Shown in pieces: positions 1 through 9,312 of a stretch of DNA of 31,424 nt (position 1 is its first letter; every line of letters begins with the position of its first letter). The translations under genes and the position numbers were made by a program. The DNA is from a virus. Its lineage: Duplodnaviria; Heunggongvirae; Uroviricota; Caudoviricetes. The stretch spans positions 1-31,424 of IMG/VR virus record IMGVR_UViG_2660238153_000004; one strand, 5' to 3'. The notes beneath the pieces are model-generated. The model did no database searches, had not been told where the DNA came from, and saw only the letters and a program-made list of their open reading frames with translations.

Positions 1-237
1 ATGACAAGGTCATCGGGCATTATCTGAACATAAAACACTATCAGTAAGTTGGAGTCATTACCTGAAAATGTGGTAATTTATTAAATCTGTAATAAAAGCG
101 TAAACAACTGCCGCTACGCTTGCTGATCCCGCGCAACAAAACGCCATGCTTTGCTCGCAGATGGTTGGCAACCGACGACAGTCCTGCTAAAACGTTCGTT
201 TGATATCATTTTTCCTAAAATTGAATGGCAGAGAATC

Positions 238-1341
238 ATGAGTGACAGCCAGACGCTGGTGGTAAAACTCGGCACCAGTGTGCTAACAGGCGGATCGCGC
301 CGTCTGAACCGTGCCCATATCGTTGAACTTGTTCGCCAGTGCGCGCAGTTACATGCCGCCGGGCATCGGATTGTTATTGTGACGTCGGGCGCGATCGCCG
401 CCGGACGTGAGCACCTGGGTTACCCGGAACTGCCAGCGACTATCGCCTCGAAACAACTGCTGGCGGCGGTAGGGCAGAGTCGACTGATTCAACTGTGGGA
501 ACAGCTGTTTTCGATTTATGGCATTCACGTCGGGCAAATGCTGCTGACCCGTGCTGATATGGAAGACCGTGAACGCTTCCTGAACGCCCGCGACACCCTG
601 CGTGCGTTGCTCGATAACAATATCGTTCCGGTAATCAATGAGAACGATGCTGTCGCTACGGCAGAGATTAAGGTCGGCGATAACGATAACCTTTCTGCGC
701 TGGCGGCGATTCTGGCGGGTGCCGATAAACTGTTGCTGCTGACCGATCAAAAAGGTTTGTATACCGCTGATCCGCGCAGAAATCCGCAGGCAGAACTGAT
801 TAAAGATGTTTACGGCATTGATGACGCACTGCGCGCGATTGCCGGTGACAGCGTTTCAGGCCTCGGAACTGGCGGCATGAGTACTAAATTGCAGGCCGCT
901 GACGTGGCTTGCCGTGCGGGTATCGACACCATTATTGCCGCGGGCAGCAAGCCGGGCGTTATTGGTGATGTGATGGAAGGCATTTCCGTCGGTACGCTGT
1001 TCCATGCCCAGGCGACTCCGCTTGAAAACCGTAAACGCTGGATTTTCGGTGCGCCGCCGGCGGGTGAAATCACGGTAGATGAAGGGGCAACTGCCGCCAT
1101 TCTGGAACGCGGCAGCTCCCTGTTGCCGAAAGGCATTAAAAGCGTGACTGGCAATTTCTCGCGTGGTGAAGTCATCCGCATTTGCAACCTCGAAGGTCGC
1201 GATATCGCCCACGGTGTCAGTCGTTACAACAGCGATGCATTACGCCGTATTGCCGGACACCACTCGCAAGAAATTGATGCAATACTGGGATATGAATACG
1301 GCCCGGTTGCCGTTCACCGTGATGACATGATTACCCGTTAA
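238..1341 (+). CDS. proB: Glutamate 5-kinase (proline biosynthesis)
   Basis: ORF translation from internal Met ([16 protein letters not shown]...) is a 367-aa amino-acid kinase with PUA-like C-terminus; the track start at 151 is an in-frame upstream extension. Immediately followed by proA. Confidence 0.93.
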   Translation: MSDSQTLVVKLGTSVLTGGSRRLNRAHIVELVRQCAQLHAAGHRIVIVTSGAIAAGREHLGYPELPATIASKQLLAAVGQSRLIQLWEQLFSIYGIHVGQMLLTRADMEDRERFLNARDTLRALLDNNIVPVINENDAVATAEIKVGDNDNLSALAAILAGADKLLLLTDQKGLYTADPRRNPQAELIKDVYGIDDALRAIAGDSVSGLGTGGMSTKLQAADVACRAGIDTIIAAGSKPGVIGDVMEGISVGTLFHAQATPLENRKRWIFGAPPAGEITVDEGATAAILERGSSLLPKGIKSVTGNFSRGEVIRICNLEGRDIAHGVSRYNSDALRRIAGHHSQEIDAILGYEYGPVAVHRDDMITR

Positions 1342-1352
1342 GGAGCTGGCCG

Positions 1353-2606
1353 ATGCTGGAACAAATGGGCATTGCCGCGAAGCAAGCCTCGTATAAATTA
1401 GCGCAACTCTCCAGCCGCGAAAAAAATCGCGTGCTGGAAAAAATCGCCGATGAACTGGAAGCACAAAGCGAAATCATCCTCAACGCTAACGCCCAGGATG
1501 TTGCTGACGCGCGAGCCAATGGCCTTAGCGAAGCGATGCTTGACCGTCTGGCACTGACGCCCGCACGGCTGAAAGGCATTGCCGACGATGTACGTCAGGT
1601 GTGCAACCTCGCCGATCCGGTGGGGCAGGTAATCGATGGCGGCGTACTGGACAGCGGCCTGCGTCTTGAGCGTCGTCGCGTACCGCTGGGGGTTATTGGC
1701 GTGATTTATGAAGCGCGCCCGAACGTGACGGTTGATGTCGCTTCGCTGTGCCTGAAAACCGGTAATGCGGTGATCCTGCGTGGTGGTAAAGAAACCTGTC
1801 GCACTAACGCGGCAACGGTGGCGGTGATTCAGGACGCCCTGAAATCCTGTGGCTTACCGGCGGGTGCCGTGCAGGCGATTGATAATCCTGACCGTGCGCT
1901 GGTCAGTGAAATGCTGCGTATGGATAAATACATCGACATGCTGATCCCGCGTGGTGGCGCTGGTTTGCATAAACTGTGCCGTGAACAGTCGACAATCCCG
2001 GTGATCACAGGTGGTATAGGCGTATGCCATATTTACGTTGATGAAAGTGCAGAGATCGCTGAAGCATTAAAAGTGATCGTCAACGCGAAAACTCAGCGTC
2101 CGAGCACATGTAATACGGTTGAAACGTTGCTGGTGAATAAAAACATCGCCGATAGCTTCCTGCCCGCATTAAGCAAACAAATGGCGGAAAGCGGCGTGAC
2201 ATTACACGCAGATGCAGCTGCGCTGACACAGTTGCAGGCAGGCCCTGCGAAGGTGGTGGCGGTTAAAGCCGAAGAGTATGACGATGAGTTTCTGTCATTA
2301 GATTTGAACGTCAAAATCGTCAGCGATCTTGACGATGCCATCGCCCATATTCGTGAACACGGCACACAACACTCCGATGCGATCCTGACCCGCGATATGC
2401 GCAACGCCCAGCGTTTTGTTAACGAAGTGGATTCGTCCGCTGTTTACGTTAACGCCTCTACGCGTTTTACCGACGGCGGCCAGTTTGGTCTGGGTGCGGA
2501 AGTGGCGGTAAGCACACAAAAACTCCACGCGCGTGGCCCAATGGGGCTGGAAGCACTGACCACTTACAAGTGGATCGGCATTGGTGATTACACCATTCGT
2601 GCGTAA
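1353..2606 (+). CDS. proA: Gamma-glutamyl phosphate reductase
   Basis: 417-aa aldehyde dehydrogenase-family protein; AGGAG RBS 8 nt upstream; 11 nt after proB stop (proBA operon arrangement). Confidence 0.93.
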   Translation: MLEQMGIAAKQASYKLAQLSSREKNRVLEKIADELEAQSEIILNANAQDVADARANGLSEAMLDRLALTPARLKGIADDVRQVCNLADPVGQVIDGGVLDSGLRLERRRVPLGVIGVIYEARPNVTVDVASLCLKTGNAVILRGGKETCRTNAATVAVIQDALKSCGLPAGAVQAIDNPDRALVSEMLRMDKYIDMLIPRGGAGLHKLCREQSTIPVITGGIGVCHIYVDESAEIAEALKVIVNAKTQRPSTCNTVETLLVNKNIADSFLPALSKQMAESGVTLHADAAALTQLQAGPAKVVAVKAEEYDDEFLSLDLNVKIVSDLDDAIAHIREHGTQHSDAILTRDMRNAQRFVNEVDSSAVYVNASTRFTDGGQFGLGAEVAVSTQKLHARGPMGLEALTTYKWIGIGDYTIRA

Positions 2607-2720
2607 ATAAAACCGGGTGATGCAAAAGTAGCCATTTGATTCACAAGGCCATTGACGCATCGCCCGGTTAGTTTTAACCTTGTCCACCGTGATTCACGTT
2701 CGTGAACATGTCCTTTCAGG

Positions 2721-2796
2721 GCCGATATAGCTCAGTTGGTAGAGCAGCGCATTCGTAATGCGAAGGTCGTAGGTTCGACTCCTATTATCGGCACCA
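2721..2796 (+). tRNA. thrW: tRNA-Thr (anticodon CGU), thrW-like; prophage attachment tRNA
   Basis: 76 nt with 7-bp acceptor stem GCCGATA/TATCGGC, D-arm AGCTCAGTTGGTAGAGC, anticodon loop TTCGTAA (CGT), T-arm GGTTCGACTCC, 3' CCA. Integrase gene ends 15 bp downstream. Confidence 0.9.
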
Positions 2797-2810
2797 TTTA
2801 AATCAATAAG

Positions 2811-3971
2811 TTACCTCGCATTTAAGTAAACCACGTTCTCCTCTTGTGCCGTATTTGTGCCATTGCGACTTATAATCGCATCGATTTTGCTTGCGTGCTC
2901 GGTGAGATGCCCGGCTGAAAGGTGGGCGTATCTTTGAACCATTTCGAGAGTTTCCCATCCTCCCATCTCTTTAAGTGCAAGAAGAGAGACACCGGACTGA
3001 ACCAGCCAGCTTGCCCAGGTATGCCTCAGATCATGGAAGCGGAAGTTGCTAATGCCTGCCCGCTTTAACGCTCCCTTCCATGCCTTGTTGCTGTCGGTTC
3101 TCATCTTCCTTACCGCTGCTGTTTTTGTTCCGTCGCTTCGGTAGGCAGGTTTGGTGTGGACAAATACCCATCTCTTATGGAGCCCCTGCTGTTTTCTTAA
3201 TATCTGGCATGCGGTTTCGTTAAGAGGAACTCCGATCGCATTGCCAGCTTTTGTTTCATCAGGGTGCATCCATGCCATTTTCTTATCCAGATCGACCTGT
3301 GACCACTCAAGGTCTGTAACGTTGGAACGGCGAAGGCCTGTCGTGATTGCAAACATGACCACAGGGAAGAAGTGAGGAGCAATTTCTGCAAACAGGCGCT
3401 TCGATTCCTCCTCTGTAAGCCATCTGATGCGTCCATTCTTAACGCGTGGTGTTGATATTTTGGGTGCCCTGTCAAGCCATCCCCATTCAACAGCCATATT
3501 GAGAATGGCGCGAAGTATTGCCAGATGCCTCGTCTTCGTTCCTTTGCTTGCAAGCTTTGGTTTATACTCCGGCACCGGATTGCCAAGTCGCAAACACCTG
3601 TCCCGGCTCATCTCCCAGTTCAGGCGATGGCGGCGGTTTTCCATCCCGTCTACCGCCTCCATTATTTTTTCTGTTGTTATGTCAGAGAGAATGGCTTCTC
3701 TGAAGTGCAACATCCAGAACGATATAATGCTCTTGTCATCATCAATGGACTTCTTATCCGATTTCTCACGCAGCCACCGTATGCAGGCTTCCTTGAATAG
3801 CTTTTTCGGTGATTCCCCGAGATTTTTTACTCTCCACGCTTCTGCTTTCAGACGATCGTGAAGTTCTTGCGCTTGCCTTTTGTCCGATGTTTCAAGAGAG
3901 CGTCTAACTCTTGATCCATCTGGCGCGACGAAATCGCAGTGCCACGTGCCACCGCGTAGTTTGATTGACAT
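2811..3971 (-). CDS. int: Phage integrase, tyrosine recombinase (P22 Int-like)
   Basis: 386-aa ORF with C-terminal catalytic region ...FRFHDLRHTWASWLVQSGVSLLALKEMGGWETLEMVQRYAHL... (R..HxxR..Y signature); lies directly beside a tRNA gene. Confidence 0.9.
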   Translation of the reverse strand: MSIKLRGGTWHCDFVAPDGSRVRRSLETSDKRQAQELHDRLKAEAWRVKNLGESPKKLFKEACIRWLREKSDKKSIDDDKSIISFWMLHFREAILSDITTEKIMEAVDGMENRRHRLNWEMSRDRCLRLGNPVPEYKPKLASKGTKTRHLAILRAILNMAVEWGWLDRAPKISTPRVKNGRIRWLTEEESKRLFAEIAPHFFPVVMFAITTGLRRSNVTDLEWSQVDLDKKMAWMHPDETKAGNAIGVPLNETACQILRKQQGLHKRWVFVHTKPAYRSDGTKTAAVRKMRTDSNKAWKGALKRAGISNFRFHDLRHTWASWLVQSGVSLLALKEMGGWETLEMVQRYAHLSAGHLTEHASKIDAIISRNGTNTAQEENVVYLNAR

Positions 3972-4195
3972 GCTTTAACCTCCTGCACATCAACCGCATT
4001 CACCGCGCTATTGTGTCTCACAGACTTAAGCGCCGCAATGCAGTCTGACTTGCAAATGCGATATGGGCTTTTAGGTTTATCTGGATTTATCTTTGCGGCC
4101 TGAAGTCGTCCACTTCGTATCCACTGCGTGATAGTGCCTTTGTCTACCTTCAGATACGACGCTGCCTCTTCACGAGTGAAGATTTCTTCTTCCAC
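3848..4195 (-). CDS. xis: Excisionase-like DNA-binding protein
   Basis: 115-aa ORF immediately upstream of and overlapping int; GTG start preceded by GGAG; N-terminal segment (REEAASYLKVDKGTITQWIRSGRL) looks like an HTH; start codon uncertain. Confidence 0.6.
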   Translation of the reverse strand: MEEEIFTREEAASYLKVDKGTITQWIRSGRLQAAKINPDKPKSPYRICKSDCIAALKSVRHNSAVNAVDVQEVKACQSNYAVARGTAISSRQMDQELDALLKHRTKGKRKNFTIV

Positions 4196-4285
4196 CTGGA
4201 ATCTCCATTTATTGGATTGGTATTATTGCGGTAGGTCTGGATATCATTGAGCAATGAACAGGCCTCATCGAGTATGAGGCTGTGG

Positions 4286-4630
4286 TTAGTCCTTGCGTAA
4301 CTCGCTAATTCTTCTGTAAGTCTCTGGTGCTTTGTTTCCGTGTATCTTCATTTCAGACTTCAACAGATCAACGAGGGAATCCCATTCGTTGAGGATGCCT
4401 TTGAATGCCGGAACGCGCTTTGCAACCTTGTCGAATGAATCTCTGATTTCTGGGATCTGCTCAACAAGTGCAACGCATCGTCTGAAATCGGCTGCGTCAT
4501 GTGGAGCGCCGAAGTGATGACCATAGATATTCTTTTTCAGTCCACATGCGATTGAGGCAAGAGTTGCGCTACTGATGCCGACATCGCCAGTCGATTGCCA
4601 TTTCAAAACCTTCATAGCCAAATCTGACAT
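4286..4630 (-). CDS. Hypothetical prophage early-left protein
   Basis: ORF in the track; the ATG at 4630 (MSDLAMKVLKW...) is preceded by GGAG, so it is preferred over the track start at 4657. Confidence 0.55.
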   Translation of the reverse strand: MSDLAMKVLKWQSTGDVGISSATLASIACGLKKNIYGHHFGAPHDAADFRRCVALVEQIPEIRDSFDKVAKRVPAFKGILNEWDSLVDLLKSEMKIHGNKAPETYRRISELRKD

Positions 4631-4642
4631 TTCTTGTCTCCA

Positions 4643-4666
4643 ATAAAAAACCGCCATCAGGCGGCT
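4643..4666 (-). terminator. Putative intrinsic terminator / RNA hairpin
   Basis: Minus-strand GCCGCC-TGAT-GGCGG hairpin followed by TTTTTTATT; overlaps the stop codon of the 55-aa ORF and precedes the RBS of the next gene. Confidence 0.4.
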
Positions 4667-4824
4667 TGGTGTTCTTTCAGTTCTTCAATTCGAATATTGG
4701 TTACGTCTGCATGTGCTATCTGCGCCCACAGCATCCAGTGGTCATAGCAGTCGCTGATGTTCTCGGCTTCGATAACTCTGTTGAATGGTTCTCCATTCCA
4801 TTCACCTGTAACTCGGAAGTGCAT
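4657..4824 (-). CDS. Small hypothetical protein (55 aa)
   Basis: Hand-translated ORF (MHFRVTGEWNGEPFNRVIEAENISDCYDHWMLWAQIAHADVTNIRIEELKEHQAA), below the track length cut-off; GGAG 7 nt upstream of ATG. Confidence 0.4.
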   Translation of the reverse strand: MHFRVTGEWNGEPFNRVIEAENISDCYDHWMLWAQIAHADVTNIRIEELKEHQAA

Positions 4825-4912
4825 TTATCATCTCCATAAAACAAAACCCTCCGTAGCGAGTTCAGATAAAAGAAATCCCCGCGAATGCGAGGATTGTTAT
4901 GTAATATTTGGT

Positions 4913-5194
4913 TTAATCATCTATATGTTTTGTACAGAGAGGGCAAGTATCGTTTCCACCGTACTCATGATAATAATTTTGCACGGTATCAGTCATTTCT
5001 CGCACATTGCAGAATGGGGATTTGTCTTCATTAGACTTATAAACCTTCATGGAATATTTGTATGCCGACTCTATATCTATACCTTCATCTACATAAACAC
5101 CTTCGTGATGTCTGCATGGAGACAAGACACCGGATCTGCACAACATTGATAACGCCCAATCTTTTTGCTCAGACTCTAACTCATTGATACTCAT
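4913..5194 (-). CDS. Cysteine-rich hypothetical protein (93 aa) in AT-rich moron
   Basis: ORF with AAGGAG RBS; sequence visibly AT-rich relative to flanks; several Cys including a terminal CPLC pair (possible zinc ribbon). Confidence 0.6.
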   Translation of the reverse strand: MSINELESEQKDWALSMLCRSGVLSPCRHHEGVYVDEGIDIESAYKYSMKVYKSNEDKSPFCNVREMTDTVQNYYHEYGGNDTCPLCTKHIDD

Positions 5195-5396
5195 TTATAA
5201 ACTCCTTGCAATGTATGTCGTTTCAGCTAAACGGTATCAGCAATGTTTATGTAAAGAAACAGTAAGATAATACTCAACCCGATGTTTGAGTACGGTCATC
5301 ATCTGACACTACAGACTCTGGCATCGCTGTGAAGACGACGCGAAATTCAGCATTTTCACAAGCGTTATCTTTTACAAACCCGTATTCCTGCTCATC

Positions 5397-6293
5397 TCAC
5401 TCTCCTTTGATGCGAATGCCAGCAAGCCAGTTTCTTATGCCGATATATTCAGCGTTCCTGAAACCGCCATTTACATATATAAATGGCAAGCGAAGATTGT
5501 GACCATTGGCTGCCAGGTAGTCTTTACAACCCTGTTCGGTGAAACAGCAGGTAACGAATTCATCAATATCTTTCACAGCAACGCGCCGCCATTTTTCTGG
5601 TGGCTCTCGAAAGTTTTCGTGAAGTAGTTCGAGACGACGACTTTGGCGTTTATTGGCTTCATTGCCATCTTCATCAACCCAGACAATCCGGTCATAGTCA
5701 TAATCAGCATCAACAACGATTTCGCGCTTTTGATACACACAAAACATAGGGTCTGACGTTATTCGATTATCCTGTGTTCGAATATTTTCACCGATGATGC
5801 CAAACGAATCTGGTGCAGATTTTGTCTGCAACTCTTCGATACGTTCAGCCATCGCAGCACACTCTTCAAAGTTGCTTAATGCTTTTCGCTCCCATTCGGC
5901 GCATTGTTTTCCAAGCTCTGCAATCAGCTTGTCTTTGCCTTCCAGCTCAACACGCAGCTTCCCTACCGTTAACGCAATCTCCTCGTTCTCCTGGTCACGG
6001 CGTTTGATGTATTGCTGGTTTCTTTCCAGCTCATCCAGCAGCGCCAAGACGGTAGCTGGATTGGCTGCGGCGATGAATTCAGCATTGGCCTGCTGTTCTA
6101 TTTGGAAATCTTCATCGAAACCGCTTTCAGGATGCGCTCCTTCAATTCTGCAAATGGGAAGATATCCAACAACGTCACGATGAATTAGCGCATCATCACC
6201 ATCAAATTGGCCCTCTCCATATTCGAGCGACCACTCACCACACGTTGCTTTTTCTGCCGCCTCACGCAGTGCCTGATAGTCAATCTTGCTCAC
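5397..6293 (-). CDS. Hypothetical prophage protein with central coiled-coil (resembles Ead/Ea22-type accessory proteins)
   Basis: 298-aa ORF; central heptad-like, charge-rich segment; ATGA start/stop overlap with the upstream gene. Family assignment is from memory of the N-terminal pattern and is tentative. Confidence 0.6.
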   Translation of the reverse strand: MSKIDYQALREAAEKATCGEWSLEYGEGQFDGDDALIHRDVVGYLPICRIEGAHPESGFDEDFQIEQQANAEFIAAANPATVLALLDELERNQQYIKRRDQENEEIALTVGKLRVELEGKDKLIAELGKQCAEWERKALSNFEECAAMAERIEELQTKSAPDSFGIIGENIRTQDNRITSDPMFCVYQKREIVVDADYDYDRIVWVDEDGNEANKRQSRRLELLHENFREPPEKWRRVAVKDIDEFVTCCFTEQGCKDYLAANGHNLRLPFIYVNGGFRNAEYIGIRNWLAGIRIKGE

Positions 6294-6772
6294 TGGTTGC
6301 CTCCTTTGCGAAGCTGGTCGGCGAACAAACGTACACTAGATGCTTCACTGCGTAGAAACTTAACGGCATAATCAAAACCACCTCGTTCTGCGTCGTCTGC
6401 TCCGTTGTCGAGGTTATCTGCGTACATCTCTACCCCCTGCGCCCGTACTTCAGCCAGGAAAGCATCGGTGGCTGGAGTTTCAGTAACATCATCTTCCCAT
6501 TCGCTAAACTCCTCACGACAAAAGTCATTAAATTCCTTCTCAGATTGCTTAAGTGAGGTATTTTCAGCAGCCATCTTCGCGCATTTAGCCTCAAGGTTAT
6601 CAATCGTGATTCCAGCAGAACGACACTCCCGCAACGCCGTTTCTAGTTTTGATTCAAGTTCACCGAACTTACGCACAAGATATTCAGCGTTTGTTTCGTT
6701 AACCTTTAAATCTCGTGGGATGCATTTACCTTTCAGAAAACCATCCATCTCAATTAGTGTCATTTGTTTCAT
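6290..6772 (-). CDS. Hypothetical prophage early-left protein (160 aa)
   Basis: ORF translationally coupled (ATGA) to the downstream gene; acidic C-terminal half. Confidence 0.6.
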   Translation of the reverse strand: MKQMTLIEMDGFLKGKCIPRDLKVNETNAEYLVRKFGELESKLETALRECRSAGITIDNLEAKCAKMAAENTSLKQSEKEFNDFCREEFSEWEDDVTETPATDAFLAEVRAQGVEMYADNLDNGADDAERGGFDYAVKFLRSEASSVRLFADQLRKGGNQ

Positions 6773-6933
6773 TTCTTCCCACTCCGCAACATCGCATTCA
6801 GATACTTGTTTTGATTCACTGATGGAAAAGAATTTCTCTTAAGCAATTCCTCTCTCGATGGCATTGGCTTTACGCGTTGGCGAATAATCATTTCTGCCGG
6901 AAGAATGCCGGGGTTGTATGCAAGTCCTCTCAT
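6769..6933 (-). CDS. Small hypothetical protein (54 aa; start uncertain)
   Basis: The track ORF 6769..7083 begins at TTG and overlaps the well-supported 6944..7237 gene in another frame; the internal ATG at 6933 has a GAGGA RBS 7 nt upstream. Confidence 0.4.
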   Translation of the reverse strand: MRGLAYNPGILPAEMIIRQRVKPMPSREELLKRNSFPSVNQNKYLNAMLRSGKK

Positions 6934-6943
6934 GGTAAATTCC

Positions 6944-7237
6944 TCAGTCATTACTGATAGCGCCATAGCGTGAGCGGTAATTACGCAGGCGCGGGTCAAT
7001 TTCAGGGAAGTGGGTATATGTGGCTTTGCGGAATGGTCGGATTGATGTCTGGTAAATTCGCTCGCGTTCTTCTTTCTCTGCAAGCCATATACAGTGGCGA
7101 AATTCCTTTTCCTCTTTCGTTTCCTGCGGTAGCGACATTATCCGATCGTAGTTTTTTCTGAATTTATCCAGCACCTCCGATACGGAATTGCCGGAACAGC
7201 GGCGCGGGGCATCCGCACCATACAGAGGCGCTGGCAT
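6944..7237 (-). CDS. Hypothetical prophage protein (97 aa)
   Basis: ORF with AAGGA RBS 7 nt upstream of ATG. Confidence 0.55.
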   Translation of the reverse strand: MPAPLYGADAPRRCSGNSVSEVLDKFRKNYDRIMSLPQETKEEKEFRHCIWLAEKEERERIYQTSIRPFRKATYTHFPEIDPRLRNYRSRYGAISND

Positions 7238-7260
7238 AATGGAATCCTTATGTTGCTACT

Positions 7261-7644
7261 TTAGAAGGGAATTGAATCGTCGTATTCAGGATGATTTTGA
7301 TGATTGCTACTTTGCTGCTGTTGGCTGTTTCCTGAGGTTGCAAATCCAATCTTTGCATTCAGTAATTCAAGAGTGATTGATTGACCATTTTGCCCCTGAT
7401 AAACATCAACCCTGATGTTTTCTCCGGTAATTTCTACAATGCCACCTTCAACAAGAACACTACGGTAGTAATCCGCTTGCGCTCCCGGCTTGGCAAATAC
7501 AACGGCGCTGTAGTTTGTCCATTCTTTCTTTTTTGTCTGGCGATCGTAATACTGAACGCCAGCACGGATGTTGAATCCGATATTTTCCCCGGCCTGAAAC
7601 TCTCTTGCGGGCTTGTTTAGTCTTACAGTAATCGAATGTGCCAT
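7261..7644 (-). CDS. ssb: Phage single-stranded DNA-binding protein (SSB-like)
   Basis: 127 aa from the ATG preceded by AAGGAG; Gly/Gln-rich linker and acidic C-terminal tail ending DDSIPF (the canonical SSB tail is DDDIPF); 1-nt TAATG overlap with the upstream erf. Confidence 0.75.
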   Translation of the reverse strand: MAHSITVRLNKPAREFQAGENIGFNIRAGVQYYDRQTKKKEWTNYSAVVFAKPGAQADYYRSVLVEGGIVEITGENIRVDVYQGQNGQSITLELLNAKIGFATSGNSQQQQSSNHQNHPEYDDSIPF

Positions 7645-8249
7645 TAAGCAGCCGCTCCTTCTAATTCGTCTCGTCTGATGTTGTAAACGTCCTGCGCTTT
7701 GTGCTGCTCCGGTGTGCCTTCGAGCATCTTCCACGCTTTGGCGAACGCCTGTTTAAGCTCTTCCACGGTGTTTTTCTGCAATGCTGCGTCAGTGAATGCT
7801 TTTAGAACCTGTTCAGGTGTAGGTGATGGTTTTGATTGCTTTGCTGCTGCGTTCTGCTGATGTTTATGCTCGTCGGTATCTGCATCTTTCGCATCATCAA
7901 TGCCGAACAAACCATTGAGGCAATACTTGCGTGCATAAGAGCTTGTAGCTCCCGTAACTTGTGCAGAATCCATTCCTTTCTTGCTTTCTTCCTCTCGTGC
8001 AAGAGCGGTTGCTGTATGACTGTTTTCGCCATCAGTAATAGTTGCCGTTGCTTTCACGTAATACCGATCACCAATCAACACAACTTCATCGCTGATTGAT
8101 AAAAACAGGCCATTCAGTAACGGCTTAACGCCTTCAAGAATGTCTTCGCAGCTTCTGTATTTATATTTACCGAATGAGTTGTACTGATTCTTTGGCGCGT
8201 TCAGATTCTCCTGAATGGCTGCCAGCCTTGCATAAAATTCTTTGCTCAT
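7644..8249 (-). CDS. erf: Erf-family single-strand annealing recombinase
   Basis: N-terminus MSKEFYARLAAIQENLNAPKNQYNSFGKYKYRSCEDILEGVKPLL... matches my memory of P22 Erf; start placed at the internal ATG rather than the TTG track start. Confidence 0.75.
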   Translation of the reverse strand: MSKEFYARLAAIQENLNAPKNQYNSFGKYKYRSCEDILEGVKPLLNGLFLSISDEVVLIGDRYYVKATATITDGENSHTATALAREEESKKGMDSAQVTGATSSYARKYCLNGLFGIDDAKDADTDEHKHQQNAAAKQSKPSPTPEQVLKAFTDAALQKNTVEELKQAFAKAWKMLEGTPEQHKAQDVYNIRRDELEGAAA

Positions 8250-8350
8250 ATGTTTGATCTCAGAATGGACACGGCCCAAGAAAATAACGCTGATTTAATA
8301 CTTCGACTCGGGACAAATTAAGGCATACCCGCATTCCTTCGCGGTCGCCA

Positions 8351-8509
8351 TTATGGCGATACCAGAGAGCTTTCTGCGTGTACATGCGTCTCTGTAACCT
8401 GCTCTCCTTCACTGTGGTTGCAAGTGACATGAATATCTCCTTCGTTACCGATTAATTCTTTCATATGACGAATGAATTCTTCGTCTGACCAGTTATCTGT
8501 AAAACTCAT
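8351..8509 (-). CDS. Small hypothetical protein (52 aa), Kil/Arf position
   Basis: Internal ATG of the track ORF 8351..8539; ATGA overlap with the upstream cIII-like ORF. Confidence 0.35.
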   Translation of the reverse strand: MSFTDNWSDEEFIRHMKELIGNEGDIHVTCNHSEGEQVTETHVHAESSLVSP

Positions 8510-8676
8510 GGACGGCCTTGTTGTTTCAAAATATCCCAAAGCTTTTCGAGCAAACTTTTCATTCTTGGTTGTTTAAAGTCTGCTCCGGTTAAAATGTTTT
8601 TTCGTGAATGCTGTACCGATAAAATCGGGTTGAAAGGGCGAACCGATGCCGCCCCTGCAATAGCGAACTGTTGCAT
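8506..8676 (-). CDS. CIII-like regulator (56 aa)
   Basis: Hand-translated ORF MQQFAIAGAASVRPFNPILSVQHSRKNILTGADFKQPRMKSLLEKLWDILKQQGRP with GAAGGAG RBS; N-terminus and the LLEKLWDIL helix resemble lambda CIII (MQYAIAG...LIDILNQPG), from memory. Confidence 0.5.
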   Translation of the reverse strand: MQQFAIAGAASVRPFNPILSVQHSRKNILTGADFKQPRMKSLLEKLWDILKQQGRP

Positions 8677-8752
8677 AGGATGCTCCTTCTGTTTTATTGC
8701 ATAACGAAAAACGCCTCGAGTGAAGCGTTATTGGTATGCGGTAACGCAGCGC

Positions 8753-9121
8753 TCAGACGGCTTTGATAGTCATATCATCTGAATCAAATATTCCTGATGT
8801 ATCGATATCGGTAATTCTTATTCCTTCGCTACCATCCATTGGAGGCCATCCTTCCTGACCATTTCCATCATTCCAGTCGAACTCACACACAACACCATAT
8901 GCATTTAAGTCGCTTGAAATTGCTATAAGCAGAGCATGTTGCGCCAGCATGATTAATACAGCATTTAATACAGAGCCGTGTTTATTGAGTCGGTGTTCAG
9001 AGTCTGACCAGAAATTATTAATCTGGTGAAGTTTTTCCTCTGTCATTACGTCATGGTCGATTTCAATTTCTATTGATGCTTTCCAGTCGTAATCAATGAT
9101 GTATTTTTTGATGTTTGACAT
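8753..9121 (-). CDS. Hypothetical prophage protein (122 aa)
   Basis: ORF with GAGGA RBS; acidic; no family recognised with confidence. Confidence 0.55.
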   Translation of the reverse strand: MSNIKKYIIDYDWKASIEIEIDHDVMTEEKLHQINNFWSDSEHRLNKHGSVLNAVLIMLAQHALLIAISSDLNAYGVVCEFDWNDGNGQEGWPPMDGSEGIRITDIDTSGIFDSDDMTIKAV

Positions 9122-9140
9122 CTATTCATATCCTCATAGA

Positions 9141-9167
9141 TAAAAAATCGCCCTCACACTGGAGGGC
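9141..9167 (-). terminator. Putative intrinsic terminator in the pL operon
   Basis: Minus-strand GCCCTC-CAGTGT-GAGGGC hairpin followed by GATTTTTTAT. Confidence 0.45.
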
Positions 9168-9284
9168 AAAGAAGATTTCCAATAATCAGAACAAGTCGGC
9201 TCCTGTTTAGTTACGAGCGACATTGCTCCGTGTATTCACTCGTTGGAATGAATACACAGAGCAGTGTTTATTCTGTTTTTTATG

Positions 9285-9312
9285 GCAAAAATAAAAGCTG
9301 CCATTAGGCAGC
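9285..9312 (-). terminator. Putative intrinsic terminator in the pL operon
   Basis: Minus-strand GCTGCC-TAAT-GGCAGC hairpin followed by TTTTATTTTT. Confidence 0.45.

Noticed and set aside
151-237. Upstream extension of the proB ORF (track start [10 protein letters not shown]...)
   Set aside because: The product begins at the internal Met ([12 protein letters not shown]...), giving the expected 367-aa kinase; the extension is read-through of the 5' leader.
349-1212. Three minus-strand ORFs (349..750, 810..1187, 856..1212) inside proB
   Set aside because: Antisense to a well-supported housekeeping gene; Arg/Ala-rich translations typical of GC-rich antisense frames.
1240-2687. Minus-strand ORFs 1240..1464, 1331..1579, 2093..2404 and 2298..2687 across the proB/proA junction and proA
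   Set aside because: Antisense to proA/proB with no RBS or family signal; 2298..2687 runs into the intergenic hairpin region.
2693-2706. Perfect inverted repeat TTCACG-TT-CGTGAA 15 nt upstream of thrW
   Set aside because: Could be a regulator site or processing signal for the tRNA, but I cannot assign it to a known factor; a long-range stem at 2613..2677 after proA was likewise too loosely structured to call a terminator.
3151-3861. Plus-strand ORFs and one minus-strand alternate frame (3197..3586) overlapping the integrase gene
   Set aside because: All lie within the integrase coding region on the opposite strand or in alternate frames; the integrase frame carries the catalytic motifs.
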